Made by a program: the position numbers and the translations under genes | Assembly: GCF_008065095.1 (NCBI RefSeq) | Contig: NZ_CP042911.1 | Span: 4,320,001 to 4,352,000, forward strand | Length of the DNA: 32,000 nucleotides | Source: Gemmata obscuriglobus | Lineage (GTDB): Bacteria > Planctomycetota > Planctomycetia > Gemmatales > Gemmataceae | Direction: 5' to 3' | The notes under the pieces: generated by a model | The model's input: only the letters and a program-made list of their open reading frames with translations | Told to the model about the DNA's origin: nothing | The model's database searches: none | Part shown: positions 15,534 to 24,027 of the stretch, in pieces | How positions within the stretch are numbered: the stretch's first letter is position 1 | Layout: every line of letters starts with the position of its first letter

Positions 15534-17745
15534 TGGTGGGGAAGCCTCGGTCGTCGAGCTGTAGCTCTTCCAGGTCCAGGAGGAGCTGGAGCCGCCTTTG
15601 CTCGAACTGGATGAAGTTCGCGGCCAGCGCGTTGCGTTGTGTCAACAGGGTACTCAGGGCCTGGAGGAGCTGCAAGCTGGTCGCATCGTTTGCGCCCTTA
15701 CGGCCGCCCGGGCCGAGCAGTGTGAGCCGGGTGTTCTCGTACTGCCGGGCGGCGGACAGCACCTGCTGCCGGGCGATGCTGAACGACGGCCGCAGCCGCG
15801 CCAGTTCGCGCAGGTCTTGACGGATCTGCAGCTCCACCTGGTCCGACTGCGCGACGTACGCGCGCTTGGCACGCTGGTACGAGACGAGGCTCGCGCGGTA
15901 CACGTTCCGCTCGGCGAGCCGGTTGAGCGGGGCGTCGAACTGGAGGCCGACGCTGTACGAACTGGCCTCGCCCGCGAAGTTGAACGGCTTGTCGTGGTCC
16001 GCGTCGGTGACAAGGTTGGCGGTGCCCACCACGTTCACCCCGCCGCGCAGGGCGTTCGCGGCGACCGTCACCTTTCGCCACGCGTCGGTCGCCTGCGCTC
16101 GCCGGTTCTGGAGGTCGAGGCGGTTCGCCTTCGCGAAGGCCATTGCCGGTTCTTCCAGGATGTCGATCTCCGGCAGCTCGATCCGGTAGATCCGCGACTG
16201 CGTCTGGACGCTGATCACCCCGTCTAGGGCGGCCAGCAGGAACTTGGCGTCCTGGACCACCGCCTCCCACCCCTCCTTGCGGGTTGCTTCGGTCACGGCT
16301 GCGCTGTCTTGTTCAATCTTCTTGGTGAACTTCGCCAGGTCGTCACCGGCTTCGGTCAGAGCGGTTTTCAGGCTTGTGTACGTGGCCTTGTCCCGGTCCC
16401 GCTGCTCCGGGTCATCCCCCGGCCGGGCCGGGCGGTCGAACTGCCGGCCGAAGGCGTCCAGATCGGCCGCCGCCGATTGGACCGCCGCTGGTCCGCGCCC
16501 GGATAGTTCCCGCAGGTCGGTGAACGCCTTCCGGAGTGCGTCGAGCGACGGCGGCGCGCCCAGTTCGCGGAGACGGACCCGCTGGAACTCCTCCAACTGC
16601 TCCCGGAGCCGTTCGAGCGCGGGGTCGGTCAGGATGAACTGGTCGAGCGGGCTGTCGTCCAGATCGATTGGGAGCCGCGGGGGCAGGCCCAAGGTGAGCT
16701 TGAACTGGTCTTTGGCGTTCTCCAGCGAGGTGCGGGTGTCGATAACGCCCTGCCGGGCCGCCTGGACGCCCTGGTAGAACTGGTCCAACTCGACCACCGA
16801 CGCCCGGCCGCCGCGGAACAGCTCGTTATACAGCCGGTACGTTTCCTCCTGCCGCTTCAGGTTGGCTTCCGAGTTCCGGAGCGTCTGGACGGCCAGCAGG
16901 AGGTCGAGGTACCCGCCGCTCTGGGTGGCGACGGACACATAGAACCGCTTGCGGAACCGGGCGAAGTCGCGGACCGCGTACAGCACGTCCCGCTCCGCCT
17001 GGGTCAACCCCTCGAGCCGGACCTGGCGGCCGAAGTTCCGGAGCAGCGGCTGGGTCAGGCTGAGCAGCAGGTTCGACCGCACCCCGCCGACCGCCCCGCC
17101 GGTGTATTCGTAAGTGATGCTGTTGGCGAAATCGACCAGCAACTGCCCGCCGGCGGCGAGGTTGCGTTCGAACCCGACGTCGGTGGTCGAGGCCAGCCGG
17201 TTCGACTCGGTCGGGAGCGAACTGTTGCCGGAGTGGGTGTAGGTGGTGGCGTTGCGGCCGAACCACCGGAGGTCGAACTCGAACCGGTTGAGCGTCAGCC
17301 CCAGGGCCGTCAGGTAAACGTCCTCAAGGGCGGACTGATACTCGCGGCTGTTGAGCAGCGCGACCTCGACGGCCTTATTCTGGTCGAGTTTGACAACGCC
17401 CTTGTCGTCCGGGGCGAGGGCCGTCTCCCATCCGATCGGTTCGATGCTGTCTGCGTACCCGTCCTTGCCCCAGCGCTTCGAGCCGCGGAACTTGTACGGG
17501 TGGTCCATCAGGATCGCGGCCGCCGGGTCGTCCGGGGGCTTGGGCGGGCGGTCCGGATCGAACGGGTCGGCCAGACGCGATCCCGGTGCGGGCTCCAACC
17601 GGAGCCGGCCAATGTCGTACCCGCGCCCGAGCGCGGACCGCTCGGCCACGATCGGGTACGTTTCCCGATCGGCGGCGTTGCGATAATGGCTCCGACTGCA
17701 ACCGCAGAACAGACACGTAGCCAGGAGTAATACCACCGCTCGCAT
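15412..17745 (-). CDS. TolC-family outer membrane factor (OMF), probable lipoprotein, unusually long
   Basis: ORF 15412..17766 (GTG). The ATG at 17745 gives MRAVVLLLATCLFCGCS (lipobox-like). Two OEP-type halves are visible (AVEVALLNSREYQSALEDVYLT ... and AMAFAKANRLDLQNRRAQATDAWR ...), separated by a ~160-aa helical insert. The 3' end overlaps the adaptor gene by 122 nt. Confidence 0.8.
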   Translation of the reverse strand: MRAVVLLLATCLFCGCSRSHYRNAADRETYPIVAERSALGRGYDIGRLRLEPAPGSRLADPFDPDRPPKPPDDPAAAILMDHPYKFRGSKRWGKDGYADSIEPIGWETALAPDDKGVVKLDQNKAVEVALLNSREYQSALEDVYLTALGLTLNRFEFDLRWFGRNATTYTHSGNSSLPTESNRLASTTDVGFERNLAAGGQLLVDFANSITYEYTGGAVGGVRSNLLLSLTQPLLRNFGRQVRLEGLTQAERDVLYAVRDFARFRKRFYVSVATQSGGYLDLLLAVQTLRNSEANLKRQEETYRLYNELFRGGRASVVELDQFYQGVQAARQGVIDTRTSLENAKDQFKLTLGLPPRLPIDLDDSPLDQFILTDPALERLREQLEEFQRVRLRELGAPPSLDALRKAFTDLRELSGRGPAAVQSAAADLDAFGRQFDRPARPGDDPEQRDRDKATYTSLKTALTEAGDDLAKFTKKIEQDSAAVTEATRKEGWEAVVQDAKFLLAALDGVISVQTQSRIYRIELPEIDILEEPAMAFAKANRLDLQNRRAQATDAWRKVTVAANALRGGVNVVGTANLVTDADHDKPFNFAGEASSYSVGLQFDAPLNRLAERNVYRASLVSYQRAKRAYVAQSDQVELQIRQDLRELARLRPSFSIARQQVLSAARQYENTRLTLLGPGGRKGANDATSLQLLQALSTLLTQRNALAANFIQFEQRRLQLLLDLEELQLDDRGFPTNAQPRPPARSDDRNGRGTAAPGLPGAPAPRPITAPGPVGP

Positions 17746-18247
17746 AGGGCTCCACGGTCGGGCCACGTGGTTCGGTCCGGCGGGCGGCGCCGGTAACCGA
17801 TCTGACGACCCAGGGCTCTTAATGAAAACCTCGTGCAGTGTCCCGCTGGTGCTGTACTTTCGAGCTTATCTGCGTCAGCGTCGCACACCGTACACTCATC
17901 CCAAGCTCCGCATCTTGTCACCGTTTTGTTGGCCGCGGACCCTTCGCAACCTCGCGAAACTCACAACGGACCCGTGAAGGTACTCGACGCACTCATGAGA
18001 CGTTCGACAACCAGAGGCGTTTCGAGAAGATCGGGCTGTTATGAAACGGGGACATGTAACGATTAATCGGCGCAGGACGCCTCTAACTGAAGAACTTTAC
18101 TGTCGAACCACGTCTCGAATAGCACGAGCAGCACTTGGCACCGGCTTCACAGACCAGGCTTGGGAAGCCCGATTCTCACGTCTCAACCCCCGCCTGAAAT
18201 CTGTTCTAAGCTTCCAGCGGCAGACATCCGGAGGTCGGAAGCGCGAT

Positions 18248-19855
18248 ATGAAACGGCTGGTCCGTCCCGAAACGGTTTTCTTCCTGCTCACTTGGCTCGG
18301 CCTGATGGTCGCGTTCCGTGACCGCGGGTTCTACGACCCCGGCGCGCTCTGGCACGTTAAAGTCGGTGAGATCATTATCGACCGCGGAATGCCGCAAACT
18401 GATCCGTTCAGCTACACGTTTGAGGGGCAGCGCTGGGTTCCCCAGCAGTGGGGGGCCGAAGTGCTAATGGCCCTTGCGCACCGCGGCGGCGGACTCGACG
18501 CGATGCTGCTCGGGTTCGCGACCGGTGTTGCAACGCTATTCGCCCTCATCTTCCGGCGGGCGGTGCAGGGGGGGATGGGGGCGATTCTGGCCGGCCTGAT
18601 CGTGGGCGGCGTGCTGTTTGTCGGCGCGTTCCACTACTTCGTTCGGCCGCACATGTTTACCATCGCGTTCATCGGCTGGACGATGATGTGCGTCATCGAC
18701 TACGAGCGCGGGCGCTGCACTGAGTGGCGGCTCGCGGGACTGATTCCGCTTTTCATTGTGTGGACCAACCTGCACGGCGGTGTCCTCGGCGGCACCATGA
18801 CACTTGGTTTGGCAGTTGCAGGGTGGGGACTCGTCTTTCTGAAGTCACAGGTCTTCAAGTCGCAAGTCCCGAGTCAGGGCACCCAGCTCCCGCTGGCGAC
18901 CCCCATTCGTTCCTGGCGCACCGCGTTCCTGCTGGTCGCGATCGTGGCCGCCTGCGGACTCACGCCGTTCGTGAACCCGCACGGCATGGAGATGATTCGC
19001 ATCTGGCAGCGGATCGTGGCGTCGAAGGTGCTCCCGGAAGTCGTCAACGAGCACATGCCGCTTGACCCCTCGTCGGCGCTCGGACTGGCGGTGATCGGCT
19101 TGGGCATTTTTTACCTCGTGTTGCTGGCGGGGGCTCTGCCTCGTGCGATGCGTGTGTCGTGGCTGGTCCCGCTCGTGTGGCTGGTGTTGAGCTTCAAAGG
19201 CATCCGTCAAGGGCCGCTGTTCGCAGTGTGCGCTGGGGTGGCCATTGCGGACCTGTGGCAGCACACCGTCTGGCACCGGTTGCTGGTGAAACACGGCGAC
19301 GGTTCCACCGCGTGGGACACTGCAAACGCGACCGAGGCGGCGGGCCGCCGGGGGCCGTTGTGGGCCGCGTGCGTGCTGCCGGTAGCGCTGGTCGCGACCG
19401 CGTTCACGCTCCAGGTACGCGGTGTCGAGGCGCCGGTGGTTGGTTGCGGGTGGGCGCGGCTCGATCCCGATTTCGTTCCGTCCGACCTGACGCGAGAGGT
19501 GACCGAATACTCGGCGAACGTCCCCCCCGGAACACCGATCTTCAACGACGCGAATCTCGGTGGCTACCTGATCTACCACGCGCCGCGGCTCAAGATCTTC
19601 ATGGACGACCGGTGCGAACTGTACGGCGACGACTGGATTCGTGCGTACTCCGACGCATTGGGCGAAACGCCGGAAAAACTCGGACCGGTGTTCGAGGGAT
19701 GGGCCGAGCGGTACAAGTTCGATCGCGCCATTGTGCTGTCGAACCCGCCTTCTCAGGATAAACCGCCGATCGAGCAGTACTTAATGAGCGCAACGGAGAA
19801 GTGGCGAGAGGTGAGCCGCGGGAAAAGGGCCGTCATGTTCGAGCGCGTGAAGTGA
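18248..19855 (+). CDS. polytopic integral membrane protein with C-terminal soluble domain (possibly GT-C-fold glycosyltransferase-like; function uncertain)
   Basis: ORF 18041..19855. The preferred ATG at 18248 (MKRLVRPETVFFLLTWLGLMVAF) removes a basic, non-hydrophobic 69-aa extension. About 10 or more hydrophobic helices are followed by IFNDANLGGYLIYHAPRLKIFMDDRCELYGDDW. The functional guess is weak. Confidence 0.65.
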   Translation: MKRLVRPETVFFLLTWLGLMVAFRDRGFYDPGALWHVKVGEIIIDRGMPQTDPFSYTFEGQRWVPQQWGAEVLMALAHRGGGLDAMLLGFATGVATLFALIFRRAVQGGMGAILAGLIVGGVLFVGAFHYFVRPHMFTIAFIGWTMMCVIDYERGRCTEWRLAGLIPLFIVWTNLHGGVLGGTMTLGLAVAGWGLVFLKSQVFKSQVPSQGTQLPLATPIRSWRTAFLLVAIVAACGLTPFVNPHGMEMIRIWQRIVASKVLPEVVNEHMPLDPSSALGLAVIGLGIFYLVLLAGALPRAMRVSWLVPLVWLVLSFKGIRQGPLFAVCAGVAIADLWQHTVWHRLLVKHGDGSTAWDTANATEAAGRRGPLWAACVLPVALVATAFTLQVRGVEAPVVGCGWARLDPDFVPSDLTREVTEYSANVPPGTPIFNDANLGGYLIYHAPRLKIFMDDRCELYGDDWIRAYSDALGETPEKLGPVFEGWAERYKFDRAIVLSNPPSQDKPPIEQYLMSATEKWREVSRGKRAVMFERVK

Positions 19856-19872
19856 CGCAGAGGAAAAGAAAC

Positions 19873-19910
19873 GGCGTGTTGTGCGGCAACAGCCCGCGAA
19901 GCAACACGCC
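19873..19910. terminator. bidirectional hairpin terminator between convergent genes
   Basis: ggcgtgttg (19873-19881) pairs perfectly with caacacgcc (19902-19910) around a 20-nt loop. On the minus-strand RNA it is followed by GUUUCUUUUCCUCU, and on the plus strand by UCUCGUUCAGUUC. It lies between the stops at 19855 (+) and 19922 (-). Confidence 0.45.
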
Positions 19911-19921
19911 TCTCGTTCAGT

Positions 19922-20305
19922 TCAATCCGTGCCGCTAAGGGCAGAGATCGCTTCAGCAGCGTTGTCGTAGAGTGCCCAGTACATTTCGAGGTTGGTGATC
20001 CGCAGCAACTCGCGGATGTTCGGGTTCACACCGGCAAGCACCAGTTCGCTGCCGCGGCTCGCGAGCAAGTGGTGGCAACGTAGCAGAAACGTGATGAACG
20101 CCGAGCCGAAATACGTTACCGCCGACAGGTCCACGATGATGTTGTTCGGCGGGTCTTCCTTGAGCGGCGCCAGCACCATCTCCGCCGCAGGTTGCAGCAG
20201 CGTCTCAGGTAAGTCCTCAATCTGTGGGGAAGGAACAATCACCGCCACGTCGCCGTGGCGCTTCACCTGGAAAAACTCGTTCGTCAGGTTTGCGTCGGAC
20301 GCCAT
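19922..20305 (-). CDS. STAS-domain protein (anti-sigma factor antagonist, SpoIIAA/RsbV-like)
   Basis: ORF 19922..20377; preferred ATG at 20305 (MASDANLTNEFFQVKRHGDVAVI). STAS-like layout: IIVDLSAVTYFGSAFITFLLR ... GSELVLAGVNPNIRELLRITNL. Confidence 0.85.
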   Translation of the reverse strand: MASDANLTNEFFQVKRHGDVAVIVPSPQIEDLPETLLQPAAEMVLAPLKEDPPNNIIVDLSAVTYFGSAFITFLLRCHHLLASRGSELVLAGVNPNIRELLRITNLEMYWALYDNAAEAISALSGTD

Positions 20306-20397
20306 TGCGGGAATCCAAATGTGACGGGTGACCCGCACGTGAGGAGCGTGTCCGGTCATCAGACAAGTTAGCCGCAACCGGGTGTCGAATCAAGCGG

Positions 20398-20426
20398 TTG
20401 ACACCAGCTCGGCGGGGGCCGATACT
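20398..20426 (+). promoter_or_regulatory. sigma-70-like promoter candidate for the zinc-ribbon membrane protein gene
   Basis: TTGACA (20398-20403), a 17-bp spacer, GATACT (20421-20426), then GGGAG and the ATG at 20449. The planctomycete promoter consensus is not well defined, so this is tentative. Confidence 0.3.
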
Positions 20427-20448
20427 CCCAACTCATTGGGAGTTGTTC

Positions 20449-20940
20449 ATGCGTATTCGTTGTCCGGGTTGTGGCGCCCCGTATGTGCCGCCGCACGTGC
20501 TCCCCCCGGATGTCCCGCGGTGTCCGAACTGCGACACGCCGACGCCGCTCGAACCGGAGCCGGTGCGCCCCCGCGCGGAACCAACCGGTGCGCGGAGCCG
20601 GGTCGTCTCGGTGGTCGCGGCTCTTCACTTCCTGATGGCCGCGGGTGGGATCTGTGTCGGTACGGGTTTCGCGTCCGTCGCCGGAGATCTTGGTGTAACG
20701 TTCCGGGCTCTGGCGTTTTTGGTTATCGTGGTTGTGGGAACGTTTATTTGGGCCGGGGTCGGCTTGGGCATCCAGATGCGCTGGGCCGGTGCGTGGTATG
20801 CGTCGCTGGTCATTTGCAGTCTCACGCTCATTTACGGGCTCGCGCTCGGAGTGCGGAGCCCGTGTGGGGCAATTTATTTCGGTGTCCCAGCGGGTTGTGT
20901 TCTCGCGGTTCTCCTCGCACGCCGGGACGAATTCCGATGA
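20449..20940 (+). CDS. zinc-ribbon (CxxC...CxxC) N-terminal domain fused to a 4-TM membrane domain; unknown function
   Basis: ORF 20398..20940. The ATG at 20449 is preceded by GGGAG. MRIRCPGCGAPYVPPHVLPPDVPRCPNCDTP carries two CxxC pairs. Four hydrophobic helices follow. Confidence 0.7.
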   Translation: MRIRCPGCGAPYVPPHVLPPDVPRCPNCDTPTPLEPEPVRPRAEPTGARSRVVSVVAALHFLMAAGGICVGTGFASVAGDLGVTFRALAFLVIVVVGTFIWAGVGLGIQMRWAGAWYASLVICSLTLIYGLALGVRSPCGAIYFGVPAGCVLAVLLARRDEFR

Positions 20941-21031
20941 TGAGGACGTTCGCGTTTCGCCGTTCGGACGCATGAACGGCTCAGCACGTGGTCTATCGGA
21001 TACGCTGGCGCTCTGCGTTCACACCGAGCCC

Positions 21032-22621
21032 TTACGGCTTCGGTGCTGCCTGTGGTGCGGTGTTCGGGAGCACCGCGCCGCCCTGCGGACCGGTTGCATC
21101 CAGGCCAAGCGCGGCGAGATAGTTGGCGACCGCCTGGTAGTAGTTGCCGAGCAGCGTCACGACCTTCACCCGCGCCTCGGCAGCAGCGATTTCCTGAATG
21201 TTCAGGTCGATCAGGCTCGTATTTCCGGCCTTGAACGATTCAGTGTCCAGCTCCAGCACCCGCTGCGCCTGCCGCTGTTCCTCGCGCGCCTTGCCGACCC
21301 GGAGGTACGCCTGCTGAAGCTCGCTTACCGCGTCCTGAACCTGTGCGGTCACGTCGTCACGTGCGTACCGCTCGCGGGCCAGGAGCTGGGCGAGTTGCGC
21401 GCGGGCGGTTGCGCTCAGCCCGCGGGCGTTGCGGAACGGGAGTGGCACCTCGAACGTGGCCCCGACCTCGGCCGCCGTGCGGTCGGTGTCGAACGGCCCG
21501 CTCCCGGTGAACGTCTTTTTCGCGATGCCCACGTCCTGTGCGACTTGTGCGTAGGCGTTCAGCGCCGGCTGTAACTGGTTGGTCGCCAGTTGCAATTCGA
21601 CAGCGCGGCGCTCCTTTTCCAACTGGAACTGGACCAGTTCCGGACGCTGCGCGAGCGCCGCGGCCACATCGGCGCCCAGTTGGGCCGAGGTCGGGCTTGC
21701 CGGGACCAGTTCCGGAAAATCTGGACGCAGCCATTCCGCTTGCGGCACCACCGGGTCCCCGGCCGGGTCGCGCAGGAACAGTGACAGGCGGAGGGCCGCC
21801 TGTTGCAAAGCGCGCTCGGTGGCGAGTAGTGTTTCCTCGCGGCCGGCGGCCAGCCGGCGGTTGAGCGTCGGCACCGCTTCGCCAATGTTCTGGGCTTTGA
21901 AACTTTCGTCGAGCAGGGCTTGGCGCTTCTGGGCCAGTGCGAGCAGGTCTTTGGCGATCCGATACTGCGCCCCGGCCGTCTGCCAGGCCCAGTACGCCTG
22001 CGCCCCGGCCCGGAACGCGTCCAACCGGGCGCGGCGGATCGTCGGGTCGGCCGCGCGCTCGGCGATCTGCGCGGCCCGCAAGCGGGCGCGGCGCGCGTCA
22101 ATGTCGCGGTTCTGGAGCAGCGGTACGTTCACCCCGGCGCGGAACTCGCCGCCCTCGGCCGTCTTCCGCTCACCGTAGTAGATGGGGAAGTTCCCCAACC
22201 CCTGGCGCCAGCCGGCGAACGTGGTCACCCCGCCGAACGGGGTGGCCTGCTGAACGCCGGCGTCGAGCCGGGTGCTGGAAAAGGTGCCCGCCTGGTCGAC
22301 CGCGCCGGCCCGAATTGTCGGGTCGAACTGACCCTCCGCTGCCAGCCGCTGACCCGCCGCGATCGCCCGCTCCTGCTCAATGGCGTACAGGAGCGGGAAC
22401 GCGGCGTCGATGCTCTTGAGCACCTCAGTCAGTTGGAGCGGCGAGCCGGCGCTCGGGGCAATCGCTGGGGGGGCGGGAAGCGGCTGCGGTTTGGGAGCCG
22501 CCGGGAGCTGCGGTGCCGGAAGCGGCTCGCGAACGAACGCGCCGTCGGGCAGCGGTGATCGCGTGGCGCATCCGGCCCCTGAGAACGTAAGCGCTAGTGC
22601 AAGGGCCGTCCGTGGCCGCAT
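21032..22621 (-). CDS. TolC-family outer membrane efflux protein (OMF), probable lipoprotein
   Basis: ORF 21032..22960. The preferred ATG at 22621 (MRPRTALALALTFSGAGCATRS, lipobox-like) is preceded by GGGGGA and lies 26 nt after the upstream MFP stop. The longer ORF start would overlap the MFP gene with a Gly/Arg-rich junk-like extension. Two OEP-like repeats are present. Confidence 0.85.
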   Translation of the reverse strand: MRPRTALALALTFSGAGCATRSPLPDGAFVREPLPAPQLPAAPKPQPLPAPPAIAPSAGSPLQLTEVLKSIDAAFPLLYAIEQERAIAAGQRLAAEGQFDPTIRAGAVDQAGTFSSTRLDAGVQQATPFGGVTTFAGWRQGLGNFPIYYGERKTAEGGEFRAGVNVPLLQNRDIDARRARLRAAQIAERAADPTIRRARLDAFRAGAQAYWAWQTAGAQYRIAKDLLALAQKRQALLDESFKAQNIGEAVPTLNRRLAAGREETLLATERALQQAALRLSLFLRDPAGDPVVPQAEWLRPDFPELVPASPTSAQLGADVAAALAQRPELVQFQLEKERRAVELQLATNQLQPALNAYAQVAQDVGIAKKTFTGSGPFDTDRTAAEVGATFEVPLPFRNARGLSATARAQLAQLLARERYARDDVTAQVQDAVSELQQAYLRVGKAREEQRQAQRVLELDTESFKAGNTSLIDLNIQEIAAAEARVKVVTLLGNYYQAVANYLAALGLDATGPQGGAVLPNTAPQAAPKP

Positions 22622-22647
22622 CTCGTTTCCCCCGTACCGTTTGCGAC

Positions 22648-24027
22648 CTATTTCGCCACCGGACCGAACGGCCGCCCCGCCGGCTTGTCCTGCGCTTTTA
22701 CCTCGCGCACCGGTGGGAAGCCGTTTAACAGCCGCCACACCTCGTAGCCGAGCCGGACCTCGTTCAGCACGATCCAGCCCTGCGCGCGCACCCCCTGGCG
22801 CAGGAACTGCTCCTCCGGCCATGCCGCTCCCGCCGCCGGTTCGACCAGCACACGGAACCTGCCCCCGGCCCCGTCCGCGGTCGGATCCACAAGGTACACG
22901 CGGCCCTCGAAGGTGCCCGCCGCTGCCTCCGGATACGCGGCGAACTGCACGGCCGCCCACCCTTCGAACTGAAGCAGCACGCGGTCGCCGACGCGAACGA
23001 GCGGTAGATCATTCCCATCGATCGTGAGTTCAGCGACAATACCGGGGTGGTAATCGCCCGTCAAGTCGGGAGTGACCGCTTTCACGTCCGGCACAAGTAC
23101 CGCAAGCCGCTCGCCGGCGCGCACGAGTTGTCCACCGGCTTCGGCGTTCGCCAGGACACGAAAGATCACGCCGTCGACGGCGGCGTGAATTCGTTGATTC
23201 GTTTGTCGCTCCACCTGCGTGCGGATCACGTTGTACTGCTGGCGGACCGACGCCTGCTCGCTCTTGGCGGCCTTGACTGCGGCCTCTTCGGTCTGGATGA
23301 GCCCGGCGGTGCGCTTGTCCGTCGCCTCACGTTGCGCCTTCGCGCCGTCGAGCGTCCGCTCGGCCAGCTTCAGCCGCGCCTCGACCAAGGGGACTTGCGC
23401 TTTAGCCAGGTCCCGCTTGCGCTCGGCCTCTTCGACCGCGTCCCCGGAGACCACCTCGCCGACCGCACTCTTGCTGAGCTTCCTCAGCCGCTCGTAAGCC
23501 AGCTCTTCGCGCCGCAGGTTGAAGGCCGACTGCTGAAGCTCCTGCTTGACGACCAGCACCTGCGCCTCGGTCTGCTCGACGCGATACCCGGCCTCCGCCA
23601 CCAGCACCTCGCGCTCGCCCTTAACGAACTCCAGCCGGTTCTGCTGGTCGAGCACCCGGCCGTCGGCCAGGGCGAGCCGCTGAAGCGCCAGCGTCTCTTG
23701 CTCGCGCAATCGCTCCAGAATCAGCGGGTCGTTGTCCACCAACTCGACCAGCAACTGCCCGGCCTTGACCCGGTCGCCCTCGACCACGTGCCACTTCTTG
23801 ACCCGCCCCTCAATGGGCGAAATGACGAACTGCGCCCGCTGCACCGGGTTGAACGCGATCGCCCGGCCGGTGCCGTGTACCGTCTGCGTCCACGGGCTGA
23901 CGGCCAGCGCGGGGACCGCTAGCACTAGCGCCGCGAGCAGTGCGAACGCCAGCACCCGCACGAGCCGTGGCGTGCGGGCGGCGTTTAGCGACGGTAGCGC
24001 GGGTGCGGTCACATCAGGCGTTCCCAT
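22648..24027 (-). CDS. HlyD-family membrane fusion protein (type I secretion-type adaptor)
   Basis: 459-aa ORF. The ATG at 24027 is preceded by GGAGGTG. N-terminal TM (VRVLAFALLAALVLAVPALAV), lipoyl-like PIEGRVKKWHVVEGDRVKAGQLLVEL, a coiled-coil region and a beta-barrel C-terminus. The start overlaps the ABC gene stop by 14 nt. Confidence 0.85.
   Translation of the reverse strand: MGTPDVTAPALPSLNAARTPRLVRVLAFALLAALVLAVPALAVSPWTQTVHGTGRAIAFNPVQRAQFVISPIEGRVKKWHVVEGDRVKAGQLLVELVDNDPLILERLREQETLALQRLALADGRVLDQQNRLEFVKGEREVLVAEAGYRVEQTEAQVLVVKQELQQSAFNLRREELAYERLRKLSKSAVGEVVSGDAVEEAERKRDLAKAQVPLVEARLKLAERTLDGAKAQREATDKRTAGLIQTEEAAVKAAKSEQASVRQQYNVIRTQVERQTNQRIHAAVDGVIFRVLANAEAGGQLVRAGERLAVLVPDVKAVTPDLTGDYHPGIVAELTIDGNDLPLVRVGDRVLLQFEGWAAVQFAAYPEAAAGTFEGRVYLVDPTADGAGGRFRVLVEPAAGAAWPEEQFLRQGVRAQGWIVLNEVRLGYEVWRLLNGFPPVREVKAQDKPAGRPFGPVAK

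Noticed and set aside
17767-18247. Possible tRNA or other structured RNA gene in the lower-GC divergent region
   Set aside because: No cloverleaf could be assembled: the T-loop-like gtcgaacca has no flanking complementary stems, and only trivial 4-bp hairpins are present. The plus-strand ORFs of 77 and 68 aa look spurious.
18842-18871. Imperfect 15-bp tandem duplication (aagtcacaggtcttc / aagtcgcaagtcccg) encoding KSQVFKSQVPSQ
   Set aside because: This is a small in-frame duplication inside a loop of the membrane protein. It is most simply replication slippage with no evident functional implication.
22622-22960. 113-aa N-terminal extension of the second TolC-family ORF
   Set aside because: The extension is Gly/Arg-rich and would overlap the upstream MFP gene by >300 nt. 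The ATG at 22621 gives a lipoprotein-type signal and has an SD-like GGGGGA. Similar long-ORF extensions were trimmed at 4600, 6315, 12348, 18041, 20377 and 29414.
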